Shown here: positions 16,460 through 25,818 of the stretch, in pieces | Layout of the letters: every line of letters starts with the position of its first letter | Numbering within the stretch: position 1 is the stretch's first letter | Source of the DNA: an uncultured Deinococcales bacterium | Lineage (GTDB): Bacteria > Deinococcota > Deinococci > Deinococcales > JAAFIG01 | Direction of reading: 5' to 3' | Assembly (NCBI GenBank): GCA_964247135.1 | Contig: CAXTTL010000028.1 | Coordinates: 1-31,284 of the forward strand | Length of the DNA: 31,284 bases | Translations under genes and position numbers: made by a program | The notes under the pieces: generated by a model | What the model saw: the letters and a program-made list of their open reading frames with translations, nothing else | Told to the model about the DNA's origin: nothing | The model's database searches: none

Positions 16460-18913
16460 TTATGATCGAACCAAATTACGCTCGAGCGACTGTTCAAACG
16501 CCGCAATCAAACTCTTGTCCAAGGTTTTCCCAGCCTGACGGTGCAACTCGAGCATGGCGTCCCCGTGCGTCCAGGCAGCCTTGTACGGGCGCTCAGAGGT
16601 CAGGGCATCATAGACATCGACCACGGCAAACAACCGCGCCAAAAACGGGATGTCATCGCCGGCTCGAGCTTCGGGATAGCCGCTGCCGTTCAGGCGCTCC
16701 TGATGGTAGAGCACAATCTCGAGGGTTTCGAGCGGCAAAAAATTGAGGTCTTTGAGCATTTCAAAGCCGCGCCCTGGATGCTCACGAATGACCGCCCACT
16801 CATCGGTGGTCAGCGCACCCTGCTTCAGTAAAATGCTATCGGGAACCGCAATTTTGCCAATGTCGTGAAGGTAGGCACCCCACGCCAGGGCTTGCATTTG
16901 CGTTTGACTCAACCCCAGCCCCTGTCCCAACTCCAAACTCAGTTCCATCACGCGGTCGGTATGCCCTTTGGTTTCAAAATCGCGCAACTCGAGGGCGCGA
17001 CCCAGGGTTCTGAAACTGGCTTCGCGGGTGTGCATGATTTCATTCAAGTGCTCGGCGCGTTCAATCGCCCTCGAGATGCGCCCGACCAGAAATTCGATCA
17101 CCTCGCTAAAATGCTCCGGTAAGGCTCGAGGCGTACCAAAGCTCACGCCGCCGACAAAGCCTTGAACCACAGAATTCAAGTACACGGGGGCGAGCACGAC
17201 AGTGCGCACGCCCATCGCAGCATATTGTGGCAGCACAAAAGGACTGTTCAGATAATCTTCAATAATGGCTGAGCGTCCATGCGCGATGACCGACTGAAAA
17301 AAAACGGTCTGTGGACTCAGTTCAAACAAGGAAAAAGCTTCGATAAACTCTGGCGGTGCGGTTCCAAGCTTTGCCAACAGGGAAAATCCTGAATGTTGAT
17401 ACTGCAAATACCCAACCCCGTCCAAACCGCTGAGCTGGAGCATGGTTTGCAAACCACGTTTTGCAATCTCTGTTGGGTCATCGAGCCGCTCTAGATCGCT
17501 CGAGAGCTGGGCGAGTTGCGCAAAAGCATCGGCGCGTTCGCGCACAACCTCGAGCGCCAACATCCGAGAACGGGCAATCGAGAGGCTTTCACTCATGGCT
17601 TTTAAGCGTTCAACGTCGCCGTTGGTAAAATGATAACCGTCTGACATGGTGTCTGCCGTGATTGCACCAACCACACGGCTCGAGCCGTCAACTTGGGTTT
17701 CGCGCAGCGGAATACCGATGTACAAACCAGATTCGATTTCACGCACCGTCACCGCCTGTTCACGTACCCCGGGATCGTTCAGGCTCGAGAGTCGAATTTG
17801 ACCGTGGTCAATGACCCCCCAGGTTAAACCGCGACCCCGTGGCATGGTTAAGCCAACGAATTTTTCGGAATTCTCGCCAGCCGCAGAGACCACCTCGAGC
17901 ATGTCTCGATCAAGATGGTACATCACCACGCTGGCGGTGGTGCAGTGCGTGGTTTGAAGCGCAAAATCCACCACCGACTGATACAACTCGGTCAGGTTGG
18001 TGGCTTCGCGCATGGCACGGTTTGCACCCGCCAGCGCCTCGAGCGCGATTCGTTCGCGTCCACGCTCGAGTTGCGTGCCAATGGCGGCGGCAATTTGGGG
18101 CAAAATGGGTTGCAGATCAATGAGAGGCATTTGGCGGTACAGCAGGGTCAATGAACCGACCAAACGTCCGGCGCTGCGTTGACCCGCCCCAATCACGTAA
18201 ACAAAACCAGCCTTTAAAAGCGGTTTGATGAGTTCGGTGCGTTTGCCCTGAGCGAGCACAAAACTGGTTGCCTCACCGTGCGTCCAAGCCTGTTCGGTCT
18301 CGGGCAGAAAAGTCATTAACTCTGGGGTTTCGTAAGCGCCCCGAGCGGCAACCAAATGATAACCGTCGGCTTGTTTTTCTCGAATCACAACCGCATCTGC
18401 CCCGTGTTCACCAGACAAAGCCTCCAACATGGCTTGATAGATTTGCTCGAGCGAATTGGCGTCGGTCAAAGCCTGCAAGGCTTTTGCCAAGAGAATTTGA
18501 CGCACGGCTTGGGCTTCAATTTCGGTCACATCGCGCATCGTGATGACCAAACCCCCAAGGTAATGGGCGGCGGTGTCTTCGCTAAAAACCCAGTCAACGG
18601 GCAACGGCGAGAACAATATGGCTTTGATGTTAAATTCGATTTGCAGGCGCTGACCGCTGGGCTTTTGATGCCAAATTCGGTCGCGCCAAACCCCGCCGCG
18701 CAACAAAAATTCGCGCGGTGGGCTGGGAGATTGTCCTTGAAAGCCCGGACCGAACAGAAACGACATGTCTTGACCGAGGGCTTGGTTTTGGTCCACTTCC
18801 AACATCTGCCCTGCGGCAGGGTTGATGGCAATCAGGCGCAACTCTTCATCAAAGATCAAAATTGCCTCACTCAAGGCGTCCAACAAGACATTTGACCAGA
18901 TTCCTGAATCCAT
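16460..18913 (-). CDS. PAS/GAF-sensor HD-GYP cyclic-dinucleotide phosphodiesterase
   Basis: N-terminal PAS (INPAA...RDVTE), about three GAF-like segments, then GHTDRV, LHDIGK, HQERLNGSGYP, DVYDALTSERPYK. RBS GGAG before ATG 18913. Confidence 0.92.
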   Translation of the reverse strand: MDSGIWSNVLLDALSEAILIFDEELRLIAINPAAGQMLEVDQNQALGQDMSFLFGPGFQGQSPSPPREFLLRGGVWRDRIWHQKPSGQRLQIEFNIKAILFSPLPVDWVFSEDTAAHYLGGLVITMRDVTEIEAQAVRQILLAKALQALTDANSLEQIYQAMLEALSGEHGADAVVIREKQADGYHLVAARGAYETPELMTFLPETEQAWTHGEATSFVLAQGKRTELIKPLLKAGFVYVIGAGQRSAGRLVGSLTLLYRQMPLIDLQPILPQIAAAIGTQLERGRERIALEALAGANRAMREATNLTELYQSVVDFALQTTHCTTASVVMYHLDRDMLEVVSAAGENSEKFVGLTMPRGRGLTWGVIDHGQIRLSSLNDPGVREQAVTVREIESGLYIGIPLRETQVDGSSRVVGAITADTMSDGYHFTNGDVERLKAMSESLSIARSRMLALEVVRERADAFAQLAQLSSDLERLDDPTEIAKRGLQTMLQLSGLDGVGYLQYQHSGFSLLAKLGTAPPEFIEAFSLFELSPQTVFFQSVIAHGRSAIIEDYLNSPFVLPQYAAMGVRTVVLAPVYLNSVVQGFVGGVSFGTPRALPEHFSEVIEFLVGRISRAIERAEHLNEIMHTREASFRTLGRALELRDFETKGHTDRVMELSLELGQGLGLSQTQMQALAWGAYLHDIGKIAVPDSILLKQGALTTDEWAVIREHPGRGFEMLKDLNFLPLETLEIVLYHQERLNGSGYPEARAGDDIPFLARLFAVVDVYDALTSERPYKAAWTHGDAMLELHRQAGKTLDKSLIAAFEQSLERNLVRS

Positions 18914-18987
18914 GGCGACTCCTATCTTAGCAAGACAATTCTTGACAAAAACTTTCACTTTGCCCGATTAAAGCCAAAGCGTATTGT

Positions 18988-19737
18988 TTAAACATTCGGC
19001 GCAAAACCTCTCACCGCCTCGAGCATTCCCAAATGCGTAAAATCCATAAACAAGGGCGTGATTGAAACAAAACCAGCCTCGAGCGCCGAAAAGTCCGAAT
19101 CGGGTTCGCTGTCGCCCGTGGGTTTGCCCGCAATCCAGTAATACGCCCGCCCGTCGGGGTCGGTGCGCTCGAGCAACGAGTCTTCGTAATGGTGCGTGCC
19201 TTGACGGGTCACGCGCACGCCTTTGGGCTTGCCAGTCGGGAAATTGACGTTCAACACCGTTTTGGCTGGCAGCCCACGTTTTAAAACCTCGAGCGCCAAA
19301 CTCGGTGCGTAATTCGCGCCACTGGTAAAATCCATCTCGTCGGAAAATTGCAAACTGAAGGCGATGCTCGGAACGCCCAAATGTGTCCCCTCGAGTGCCG
19401 CCGCGAAGGTTCCAGAATGGGTTAAATCGTTGCCGAGGTTTGGACCGTGGTTGATGCCGCTGACCACCAGATCGGGACGCCCAAGTTTGTGAACGCCGAG
19501 TACCACACAATCGGCTGGCGTGCCGTCCACACGGTACGCCGTGACGCCCTCTAAACCTGGCACATTGGTTTTGCGAAAGCGCAAGGGGCGGCGCACGGTA
19601 ATGCCGTGACCCACCGCCGATTGTTCGACATCGGGCGCGACCACGAAAATTTCGGCAATGCCCTGCATGGCTTTGGCGAGCGCTCGGATGCCTGGGGCGT
19701 AAATGCCATCGTCATTGGAGATTAAAATTTTCGGCAT
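18988..19737 (-). CDS. surE: 5'/3'-nucleotidase SurE
   Basis: ILISNDDG, GTPADCV, SGINHGPNLG and SGT motifs. Confidence 0.96.
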   Translation of the reverse strand: MPKILISNDDGIYAPGIRALAKAMQGIAEIFVVAPDVEQSAVGHGITVRRPLRFRKTNVPGLEGVTAYRVDGTPADCVVLGVHKLGRPDLVVSGINHGPNLGNDLTHSGTFAAALEGTHLGVPSIAFSLQFSDEMDFTSGANYAPSLALEVLKRGLPAKTVLNVNFPTGKPKGVRVTRQGTHHYEDSLLERTDPDGRAYYWIAGKPTGDSEPDSDFSALEAGFVSITPLFMDFTHLGMLEAVRGFAPNV

Positions 19738-19780
19738 CAGGTCAGCAGTTTACTCTGAATTTCACGGTAGGCTAAAAATC

Positions 19781-20143
19781 ATGAACGACTGGCAGCAACT
19801 CGAGGATGAAAACAACCTCGAGTACCACCGCGCCATTTTGGAAGGTTATCTGGTGTTTTTGCGCACCGAGCCTTTTGAAGATTCTTACGCCGCGCGAAAG
19901 CAGCAAAAAAAGAAACACAAAGACACCGGAATCTGGTTTATTCACATCCTCATGCCGCCAGAAGAGCGCCAAAAGCATTACCTGGCAGGACCAGGCTTTC
20001 AGTACGGCACAGATTTGCAAACCGCCAAAACCATCGCCCTCGAGTTGGTCAAACGCGGACGCGGTTTGCTGATGCGTGATGAAGGTCGTGAACCTCGAGC
20101 GCCAAGCAAGCCCAGCAAAAGTCATAAGAAACGTAAATCATGA
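19781..20143 (+). CDS. Hypothetical protein (120 aa, basic tail)
   Basis: TAGGCT lies 7 nt before ATG 19781; divergent from surE; host-like codon usage. Confidence 0.7.
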   Translation: MNDWQQLEDENNLEYHRAILEGYLVFLRTEPFEDSYAARKQQKKKHKDTGIWFIHILMPPEERQKHYLAGPGFQYGTDLQTAKTIALELVKRGRGLLMRDEGREPRAPSKPSKSHKKRKS

Positions 20144-20161
20144 CGTGGTAATCTCAAAAAC

Positions 20162-20662
20162 ATGATCGAAATTGACAACCAAACTTACCCAAGCGAAGTA
20201 CGTCAAAGCCAACCCGTTCAACTCGAGACGCAAGAAACCCCCGCCGGCTCGAGCGAATTTCCTGGCTTGAGCGAAGAAATCCCCAGCGGACGCAAAATCA
20301 TTGAGGGCGCGGTGATCGAAACGGGCAGTTACCCCAGGGATTTGAACACCTTAAAAGCCGAAGTCTTGTCGGGTTTGCCACATCACATCAACGAGGGCGA
20401 AACGTATGACGGTAACCTCGCCGACCCCGCCGGTTCGGGCGCACCGCTCGAGCGACCTGAGGATGGCAAAATAGTGCTGCTCGAAGAAGATCACCCCCTG
20501 CAAACTGGTGAAGTTGACGCCGCCCGAGAAATGCTGCTCGAAAGCAAAGACCTTTACCCAAACGCCAAAGTGCTGCGATTTGTGCGCTACCCACTCGAGA
20601 AACGCATTGTCTTGCTGTTCACCGACGGCAGCGACACCCTGAGTTTGCAACGCTCGTACTGA
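20162..20662 (+). CDS. Hypothetical acidic protein (166 aa)
   Basis: TGG-TAATCT lies 7 nt before the ATG; host-like codon usage. Confidence 0.7.
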   Translation: MIEIDNQTYPSEVRQSQPVQLETQETPAGSSEFPGLSEEIPSGRKIIEGAVIETGSYPRDLNTLKAEVLSGLPHHINEGETYDGNLADPAGSGAPLERPEDGKIVLLEEDHPLQTGEVDAAREMLLESKDLYPNAKVLRFVRYPLEKRIVLLFTDGSDTLSLQRSY

Positions 20663-20713
20663 AAATACGGCGATAAGTTGAGGGGACAGCATTTAACGTC
20701 CCTACGGAGATTC

Positions 20714-21667
20714 ATGACCCAAGCAGTCCGTTATTTGCGACCCAACGAATTCAAATATCCCGACACCCTCGAGCGGCTCTACCCTGGCGGTTCTGAGCAA
20801 CTTCATCTCGAGGTCGGGTTCGGTGACGGTCGGTTCTGGGCGGAGCATTATAAGCTCGAGCCAGAGGCAAATTATTTGGGCGTCGAGGTTTCTGGCGTCA
20901 GCGTTCAAAAAGCCCTCGCCAGATACCGCGCCAAAGCCGTGCAAAATGCGGTTGTGGTTCGGACCCAAGCCGAGTTTATGGTGCGCAATGTCCTGCGCCA
21001 GAACAGCCTCTCGAGGGTTTACGTCAATTTTCCCGACCCTTGGCCCAAAGCCCGCCACGAGGACGCCAGGTTTTTGCGCCCTGGCGTGTTTGAACTCTTG
21101 TCCACAAGGCTTGTGGACAAGTCTGAAATCTGGTTGACCACCGACCACCCTGGCTATTTTGAATTTGCGCTCGAGGGTGCCGCCAGCACAGGCTTGTTCG
21201 AGATTTCCAAACCCGCCCCGCCCGCCGCCGCGCTGCAAACCAAGTACGCCATGAAATGGCAGGGCATGAAGCTCGAGATTTTTCATGCCAGATTCCAAAA
21301 ACGCGGCGTCAGTCAGCAAGTCTTTTCACCTGTGATGATCGGAGAAACCATGCCCCACAGTCAATTGCGCGGCGAAATACCGGCGCCGCCAGCCGAAAAA
21401 ATTGTTTTCAAAGGCTCAAACTACACGGTCATTGTGCTCGAGGGTTTTGCGCACAACACAAAATTGGCGCTCTTGACCCGCATCGAAGAAATTGATTTCA
21501 CCCAAGAAATTTTGATCACGGTTGCCAAACACGACGATGGTCGCGTGGTGGCTGGACTCGAGAGTTTCGGGGCGCCCTTGATTACCCCAGGAGTGAAGGC
21601 GGCGGTGGGTGTGGTCACGGACTGGCTCGAGAAGCAGGGTTTGAGTGTTGTACAGCGTTCATATTGA
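20714..21667 (+). CDS. trmB: tRNA (guanine-N7)-methyltransferase with C-terminal extension
   Basis: LEVGFGDG, GVE, VNFPDPWPKARH, TTDH and TKY motifs. RBS GGAG before ATG 20714. Confidence 0.92.
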   Translation: MTQAVRYLRPNEFKYPDTLERLYPGGSEQLHLEVGFGDGRFWAEHYKLEPEANYLGVEVSGVSVQKALARYRAKAVQNAVVVRTQAEFMVRNVLRQNSLSRVYVNFPDPWPKARHEDARFLRPGVFELLSTRLVDKSEIWLTTDHPGYFEFALEGAASTGLFEISKPAPPAAALQTKYAMKWQGMKLEIFHARFQKRGVSQQVFSPVMIGETMPHSQLRGEIPAPPAEKIVFKGSNYTVIVLEGFAHNTKLALLTRIEEIDFTQEILITVAKHDDGRVVAGLESFGAPLITPGVKAAVGVVTDWLEKQGLSVVQRSY

Positions 21668-21745
21668 CAAGTTTTAGAGGCACAAGATTATTTGTGTTTA
21701 ACCTTACGCCTCCAAAACCAAGGCTATTTTATTTTTTGATCAATT

Positions 21746-21882
21746 ATACCAAATTGCGGGGAACAGTCATGCTTTATCGACTGTTCCCCCGACCAACGGG
21801 AGTGGCAAAAGTACGGAATCAACGAGGTTAACGGAGTTGTGGAGCGAAGCGGAATAACGGAGTGTTCTCGTTAATTCCGTAT
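21746..21882. repeat. About 137 bp structured intergenic element resembling Deinococcus small non-coding repeats (SRE/SNR-like)
   Basis: Imperfect terminal inverted repeats ATACCAAATT...AATTCCGTAT. Hairpin GGGGAACAGTC/GACTGTTCCCC (21758-21789). Inverted repeat TACGGAATCAACGAG/CTCGTTAATTCCGTA (21812-21881). Confidence 0.6.
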
Positions 21883-22154
21883 TATTTGTAAAAATAAGGG
21901 TCAAGCACCGAAACTTTGATGATGCGGTCAATCGGTAACTTGTTGGTTTCCGCCGCCTTGCGAATGCTTTCAGGGTCGGGACCATCATAAATGCAGTAGG
22001 TTTTGTGTTTGTCCTCGCTGACATACGAATGCACCCACGTCACCCCAACCGTGCTGTTGCCGCCAACCACGTTCAGGCAGACCTGAGCGCCTGCTTCGTT
22101 GACGGGAATCTCGAGACCTTCTGGAAATGTGCGTTCGACCAGATACCTTGGCAT
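21882..22154 (-). CDS. DUF4242 domain protein (SCO4226-like)
   Basis: MPRYLVER...WVHSYVS...KTYCIYDGPDPESIR...LPIDRI pattern. RBS AGGAGG. Confidence 0.85.
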   Translation of the reverse strand: MPRYLVERTFPEGLEIPVNEAGAQVCLNVVGGNSTVGVTWVHSYVSEDKHKTYCIYDGPDPESIRKAAETNKLPIDRIIKVSVLDPYFYK

Positions 22155-22210
22155 GTTGTACCTCCTGAGAATTTACGCCGCCTTTGGCGGGTGCCTTGCG
22201 GCGTGAAACG

Positions 22211-22256
22211 AGTATGCGCCCAACGGGCTGGGCGGCACATCGGGATCATTCCCCAA
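22211..22256 (-). promoter_or_regulatory. Promoter of the DUF4242 gene with a candidate LuxR-type activator site
   Basis: Minus strand reads TTGGGGAATGATCCCGATG (GGGA-N4-TCCC dyad), then 21 nt, then a CATACT -10 box. Confidence 0.45.
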
Positions 22257-22274
22257 TTTGCTGATTTTGATTCC

Positions 22275-24857
22275 CTAGTTTGGCTCGAGCAGCCCGAGTT
22301 TTAGCGCTTTATGGGTCGCTTGAAGACGGTTTTGGCTGCCCAGTTTGACCAGGATGGCACTGACATGATGCCCCACGGTTTTTGTGGAGCGTTGAAGTTG
22401 TTGGGCAATCTGTTTGTCGCTTTGACCGACCACCAAAAGCCGCAGCACCTCGAGTTCTCTGGAGGTCAAACCGCCAGGATTGGTTTTTGTGGTGCGTCGC
22501 GCCCCCCTGGGAATGCCTTTGATTCCCAAATCTTTTAATCGTCGAATCAACCATTGTGCCATCGGACGCGCCCCCAAATCTTCAAAAATCCCCAGCGCCG
22601 CCTTCAGGGCGTTCTCGTCGTCGCTTTCACAAAACGCTCTGGCTGCCTCGTAAGGGCAGTTGAGTTCATGCCAGAACTTGGCTGCCTCGAGTGGCTGCCC
22701 AGCAATTTGCAGGGCGAAAGGGCGGGCAATGTCTGCTGGAATATCGTCCAGGTCGTTCAGTTTCCAACGCCAGTACGCCAACTCGCCCAACAGCCAGGGT
22801 TGCTGCTTCTCGAGCGCCAGGTCGTAAACGGCACGCGCCTCCCGAACGGCATGTTCTTGTTTGCCCTCGAGCCAGAACGCCTCGACCCTGGCAATATAGA
22901 CTTTTCCAAGGCGCTGCAATTCGGCGGTTGGCACCGCGCAAGCCAGCGCCTGGTCGAGCGCCAGCCAAACTTCGGGGTCGCCCCGACGAAGGCGGACCAA
23001 ACCCAGAGCGACCAGGGCTTGAATCCGACTGACGGTTGAAAGCTGCGGGTGGCTTGTCAGGTTTTGAATCAAATCAATCGCCTCTGACCAGCGCCCCTGG
23101 TGAACGAGCCAGACCGCCTTCCAACCCTGAATGTACAGGCGCCAAGAGTCCAGGTCGTGGTCGCTGGTGTAAGCGATCCCTTCATTCAAATAACGTGTCG
23201 CCCGCTCAAACTGCCAGTATTGAACCGATTGCGAGACCAGGTTGGTCCAGGCTCGAGCCGCATGTTCTTCAAGATTTGCCGACAATGCCAGGCGCAGACT
23301 TTGCTCGAGCTGATCCCAGCCCAGATCGGATTGAATTCCCAGCCGTGCCGTGCCGATGTTGTTTAAAGCATGGCTCAGGGTGGCGGTGTCGCCAAATTGC
23401 TGCGCCAAGGACATGGCTTTCTCGCCCCAAAAGATGGTTTGGTCGGCGTCGGAATTTAACATCCTCAATTGCGACAAGTTGCTGTAAGCCATTGCCAACT
23501 GAGGACCCTTGGCGTCAGTTTCCAGAACCTCGAGCGCGGCTTGGGCGTAGCGTTCGGCATCGGCGTTGCGCCCCAGAAACCAGCTCAGGCGCGAAAGCCA
23601 GCGCAGGTTCTCGCCCTCTTTTTCAAAATTTGGCAACGATTGCCAAAAGTTCAAGGCTTGTTTGCGGGCGGCGACGGCGGCTTCCAATTGATCGGTCAGG
23701 TAACACTCGTAAGAGTACGCCTCAAGCACCAGGGCGTGATCGCCAGATTGGTGGTCATTTGAAAATCGCAAGACGCGGGCGTATTGTTCGGCAGCCTCGC
23801 GGTGGGCTTTGAAGGCGGCTGCCCGTCGCGCCGCCTGAATGGCAAACTCGAGCACCGCCGCCCTGTCGTTTGCCGCCTCGGCATGGTGGGCGAGTCTGGC
23901 AAAATCTTGCGTGACTGAGGTTCTCAACGCCTCGAGGATCAGGCTGTGAAGCACCGTTTGACGATGTTGCGCAACGGTGCTCAGCACGGCTTGGCGTGCC
24001 AATTCGTGCCTGAAGGCAAAGCCGTCCGCCTGAACGACCAGCATCCCGCCATCGAGGCAGTTTTGCAGGGCATGAATTTCAGAACCCACGACGGCGTTCA
24101 ACAGCCAGGTTTCCATTCGGGGACCAATCAATGCCGCAGCCTCAAGAACGGCGCGGCTTGAAACCGAAAGCCGTGAAACCCGAGCCAGTACCGCATCGCG
24201 CACGGTGTTGGGTACGGCTTGACCTTGGGCGGCAAGGCTTTCGGTCACGAAAAAAGCGTTGCCTCGGGTTTGCCGATAGAGCACAACACCGTCCAAGCCG
24301 CTGCCTCGAGCCAGCTCGAGAACCGCATGTTCTGAGAGTGCCGGCAAGACCATTCGGCGCACCGCAGGTACGGATGTCAAATCACCCAACAAAACCCGCA
24401 ATGGATGTTGAGCACCCACTTCGTCGTCGCGGTAGGTGGCCACCAGCAGCGTTTTGGTTGCCCCAATGCGCCGTCCCAAGAAACGCAGCAGGTCAAGTGT
24501 GGCTTCGTCCGCCCAGTGGAGGTCTTCAAACACCAACAGTGTCGGCTGAGAACCTTTGCTCAGGTTGGTCAACCATCCCTGAAACATCTGCTCGCGCGAG
24601 GTCTCGGGTGTTTCCAGATTCAGAATTTGAGCGACATCGAGCACAGGTCCGAGCGGTCTTGGGGTCGAAAGTGGGTCGCAAGCGCCAATGGCAACTCGAG
24701 TTGTGGCTTTAACCTCTTGAGACAATTGCTGTACCAGAGCGGTTTTACCAACGCCAGCCTCGCCACCCAAGAAAACCAGATGACCTTGCCCCGATGCTGC
24801 TTGATAAAGCAGCGTTGTCAATTCTGCGATAAAAGGGTTGCGCTCGAGCAAGTTCAT
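22275..24857 (-). CDS. Large ATP-binding LuxR-family regulator (AAA + TPR-like + HTH)
   Basis: Walker A GEAGVGKT, EDLHWADEAT, GNAFF, and C-terminal LTSRELEVLRL...TVGHHVSAILVKLG. TACAAT 6 nt before ATG 24857 fixes the start. Confidence 0.93.
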   Translation of the reverse strand: MNLLERNPFIAELTTLLYQAASGQGHLVFLGGEAGVGKTALVQQLSQEVKATTRVAIGACDPLSTPRPLGPVLDVAQILNLETPETSREQMFQGWLTNLSKGSQPTLLVFEDLHWADEATLDLLRFLGRRIGATKTLLVATYRDDEVGAQHPLRVLLGDLTSVPAVRRMVLPALSEHAVLELARGSGLDGVVLYRQTRGNAFFVTESLAAQGQAVPNTVRDAVLARVSRLSVSSRAVLEAAALIGPRMETWLLNAVVGSEIHALQNCLDGGMLVVQADGFAFRHELARQAVLSTVAQHRQTVLHSLILEALRTSVTQDFARLAHHAEAANDRAAVLEFAIQAARRAAAFKAHREAAEQYARVLRFSNDHQSGDHALVLEAYSYECYLTDQLEAAVAARKQALNFWQSLPNFEKEGENLRWLSRLSWFLGRNADAERYAQAALEVLETDAKGPQLAMAYSNLSQLRMLNSDADQTIFWGEKAMSLAQQFGDTATLSHALNNIGTARLGIQSDLGWDQLEQSLRLALSANLEEHAARAWTNLVSQSVQYWQFERATRYLNEGIAYTSDHDLDSWRLYIQGWKAVWLVHQGRWSEAIDLIQNLTSHPQLSTVSRIQALVALGLVRLRRGDPEVWLALDQALACAVPTAELQRLGKVYIARVEAFWLEGKQEHAVREARAVYDLALEKQQPWLLGELAYWRWKLNDLDDIPADIARPFALQIAGQPLEAAKFWHELNCPYEAARAFCESDDENALKAALGIFEDLGARPMAQWLIRRLKDLGIKGIPRGARRTTKTNPGGLTSRELEVLRLLVVGQSDKQIAQQLQRSTKTVGHHVSAILVKLGSQNRLQATHKALKLGLLEPN

Positions 24858-25110
24858 TTCATCATTGTAGGTCTTAGGGCACGGCACGATAATGTGGCTA
24901 TGTTGACTTTTGATCAGCAAATTGAAATTCAAGGAATGCTGCAAATCTCGAGAGTGTATTCTGTAAATAACAAAATTTAAGAATAGGATTTATGCTTCAA
25001 TGTAATTTTTACCCTCAAGGTACACTGTTTGCCTACTTCGCATTACACCCTACCAACCCGCCCGAAACGAATCCCGTCCCTTAACCCACACCCCACCAGC
25101 CGAGGTCGCC

Positions 25111-25743
25111 ATGCGCAACGATCAACTGCCACTCTTTGAACTCCCAGAACTCCAACCCCCAGCACCACTTCACCCACTCGAGCGACAAAACGTTTCAACC
25201 CGCCTCGATTTAACCGACGGCTTAAGAATTGCCGCCCAAGACATGATCAACCGCATCCCAGACTTGCAACACATCAAACTCGAGCGAGTCCACTTTGCCG
25301 TGTTCTTCACGCGCAAAGCCAGCCGCACGCTGACCTATGCGCGTTGCTATCCACTCAGCCGCGAAATCAAAACCAAAGGACGGCGCAGTTTCAAACTTTC
25401 CAAAGTCCTGACCAACGCCAACCTCGAGGCGCGATACCTGCTGGCATTCGCCTGGGAACGCTACTGGGAAATGACCCCCCGCGACCGTCTCGAGACGCTG
25501 GTACACGAGCTGTATCACATTGGACCAAAGTTTGACGGCGAGGCTCGAGCCTTTGCGACGGGCGGCTGGCACGGACAAGGACGGGTTTGGTTTGACAAGA
25601 TCATTCATAATTTGTGCGAAAAATACTGCCCGCACGGTCTGGAATTCAAACACGAGGTTTTGGGACTCAAACTCGACCCCGAACTCGAGGTGCAATTCGA
25701 TAAATTGCGCCTGCCACGTTGGGAATTGGTGGTCAACAAATAA
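25111..25743 (+). CDS. Putative zincin metallopeptidase (HExxH)
   Basis: LETLVHELYHIGPKFDG with a downstream His (GWH). RBS GAGG. Confidence 0.75.
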   Translation: MRNDQLPLFELPELQPPAPLHPLERQNVSTRLDLTDGLRIAAQDMINRIPDLQHIKLERVHFAVFFTRKASRTLTYARCYPLSREIKTKGRRSFKLSKVLTNANLEARYLLAFAWERYWEMTPRDRLETLVHELYHIGPKFDGEARAFATGGWHGQGRVWFDKIIHNLCEKYCPHGLEFKHEVLGLKLDPELEVQFDKLRLPRWELVVNK

Positions 25744-25753
25744 CGTTGTAAAA

Positions 25754-25778
25754 CTCGAGCAGAACTGTTCTGCTCGAG
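25754..25778. terminator. Perfect hairpin of two CTCGAG sites after the peptidase stop (no U-tract)
   Basis: CTCGAGCAGAAC-T-GTTCTGCTCGAG. Confidence 0.45.
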
Positions 25779-25818
25779 CCTCAAAATGTCAAAGAGCTTG
25801 TTTATGAAGATTGCTCGA

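Noticed and set aside
20640-21667. Adjacent proteins (20162 ORF and TrmB) both end in QRSY
   Set aside because: The codons differ and similarity does not extend upstream; probably coincidence.
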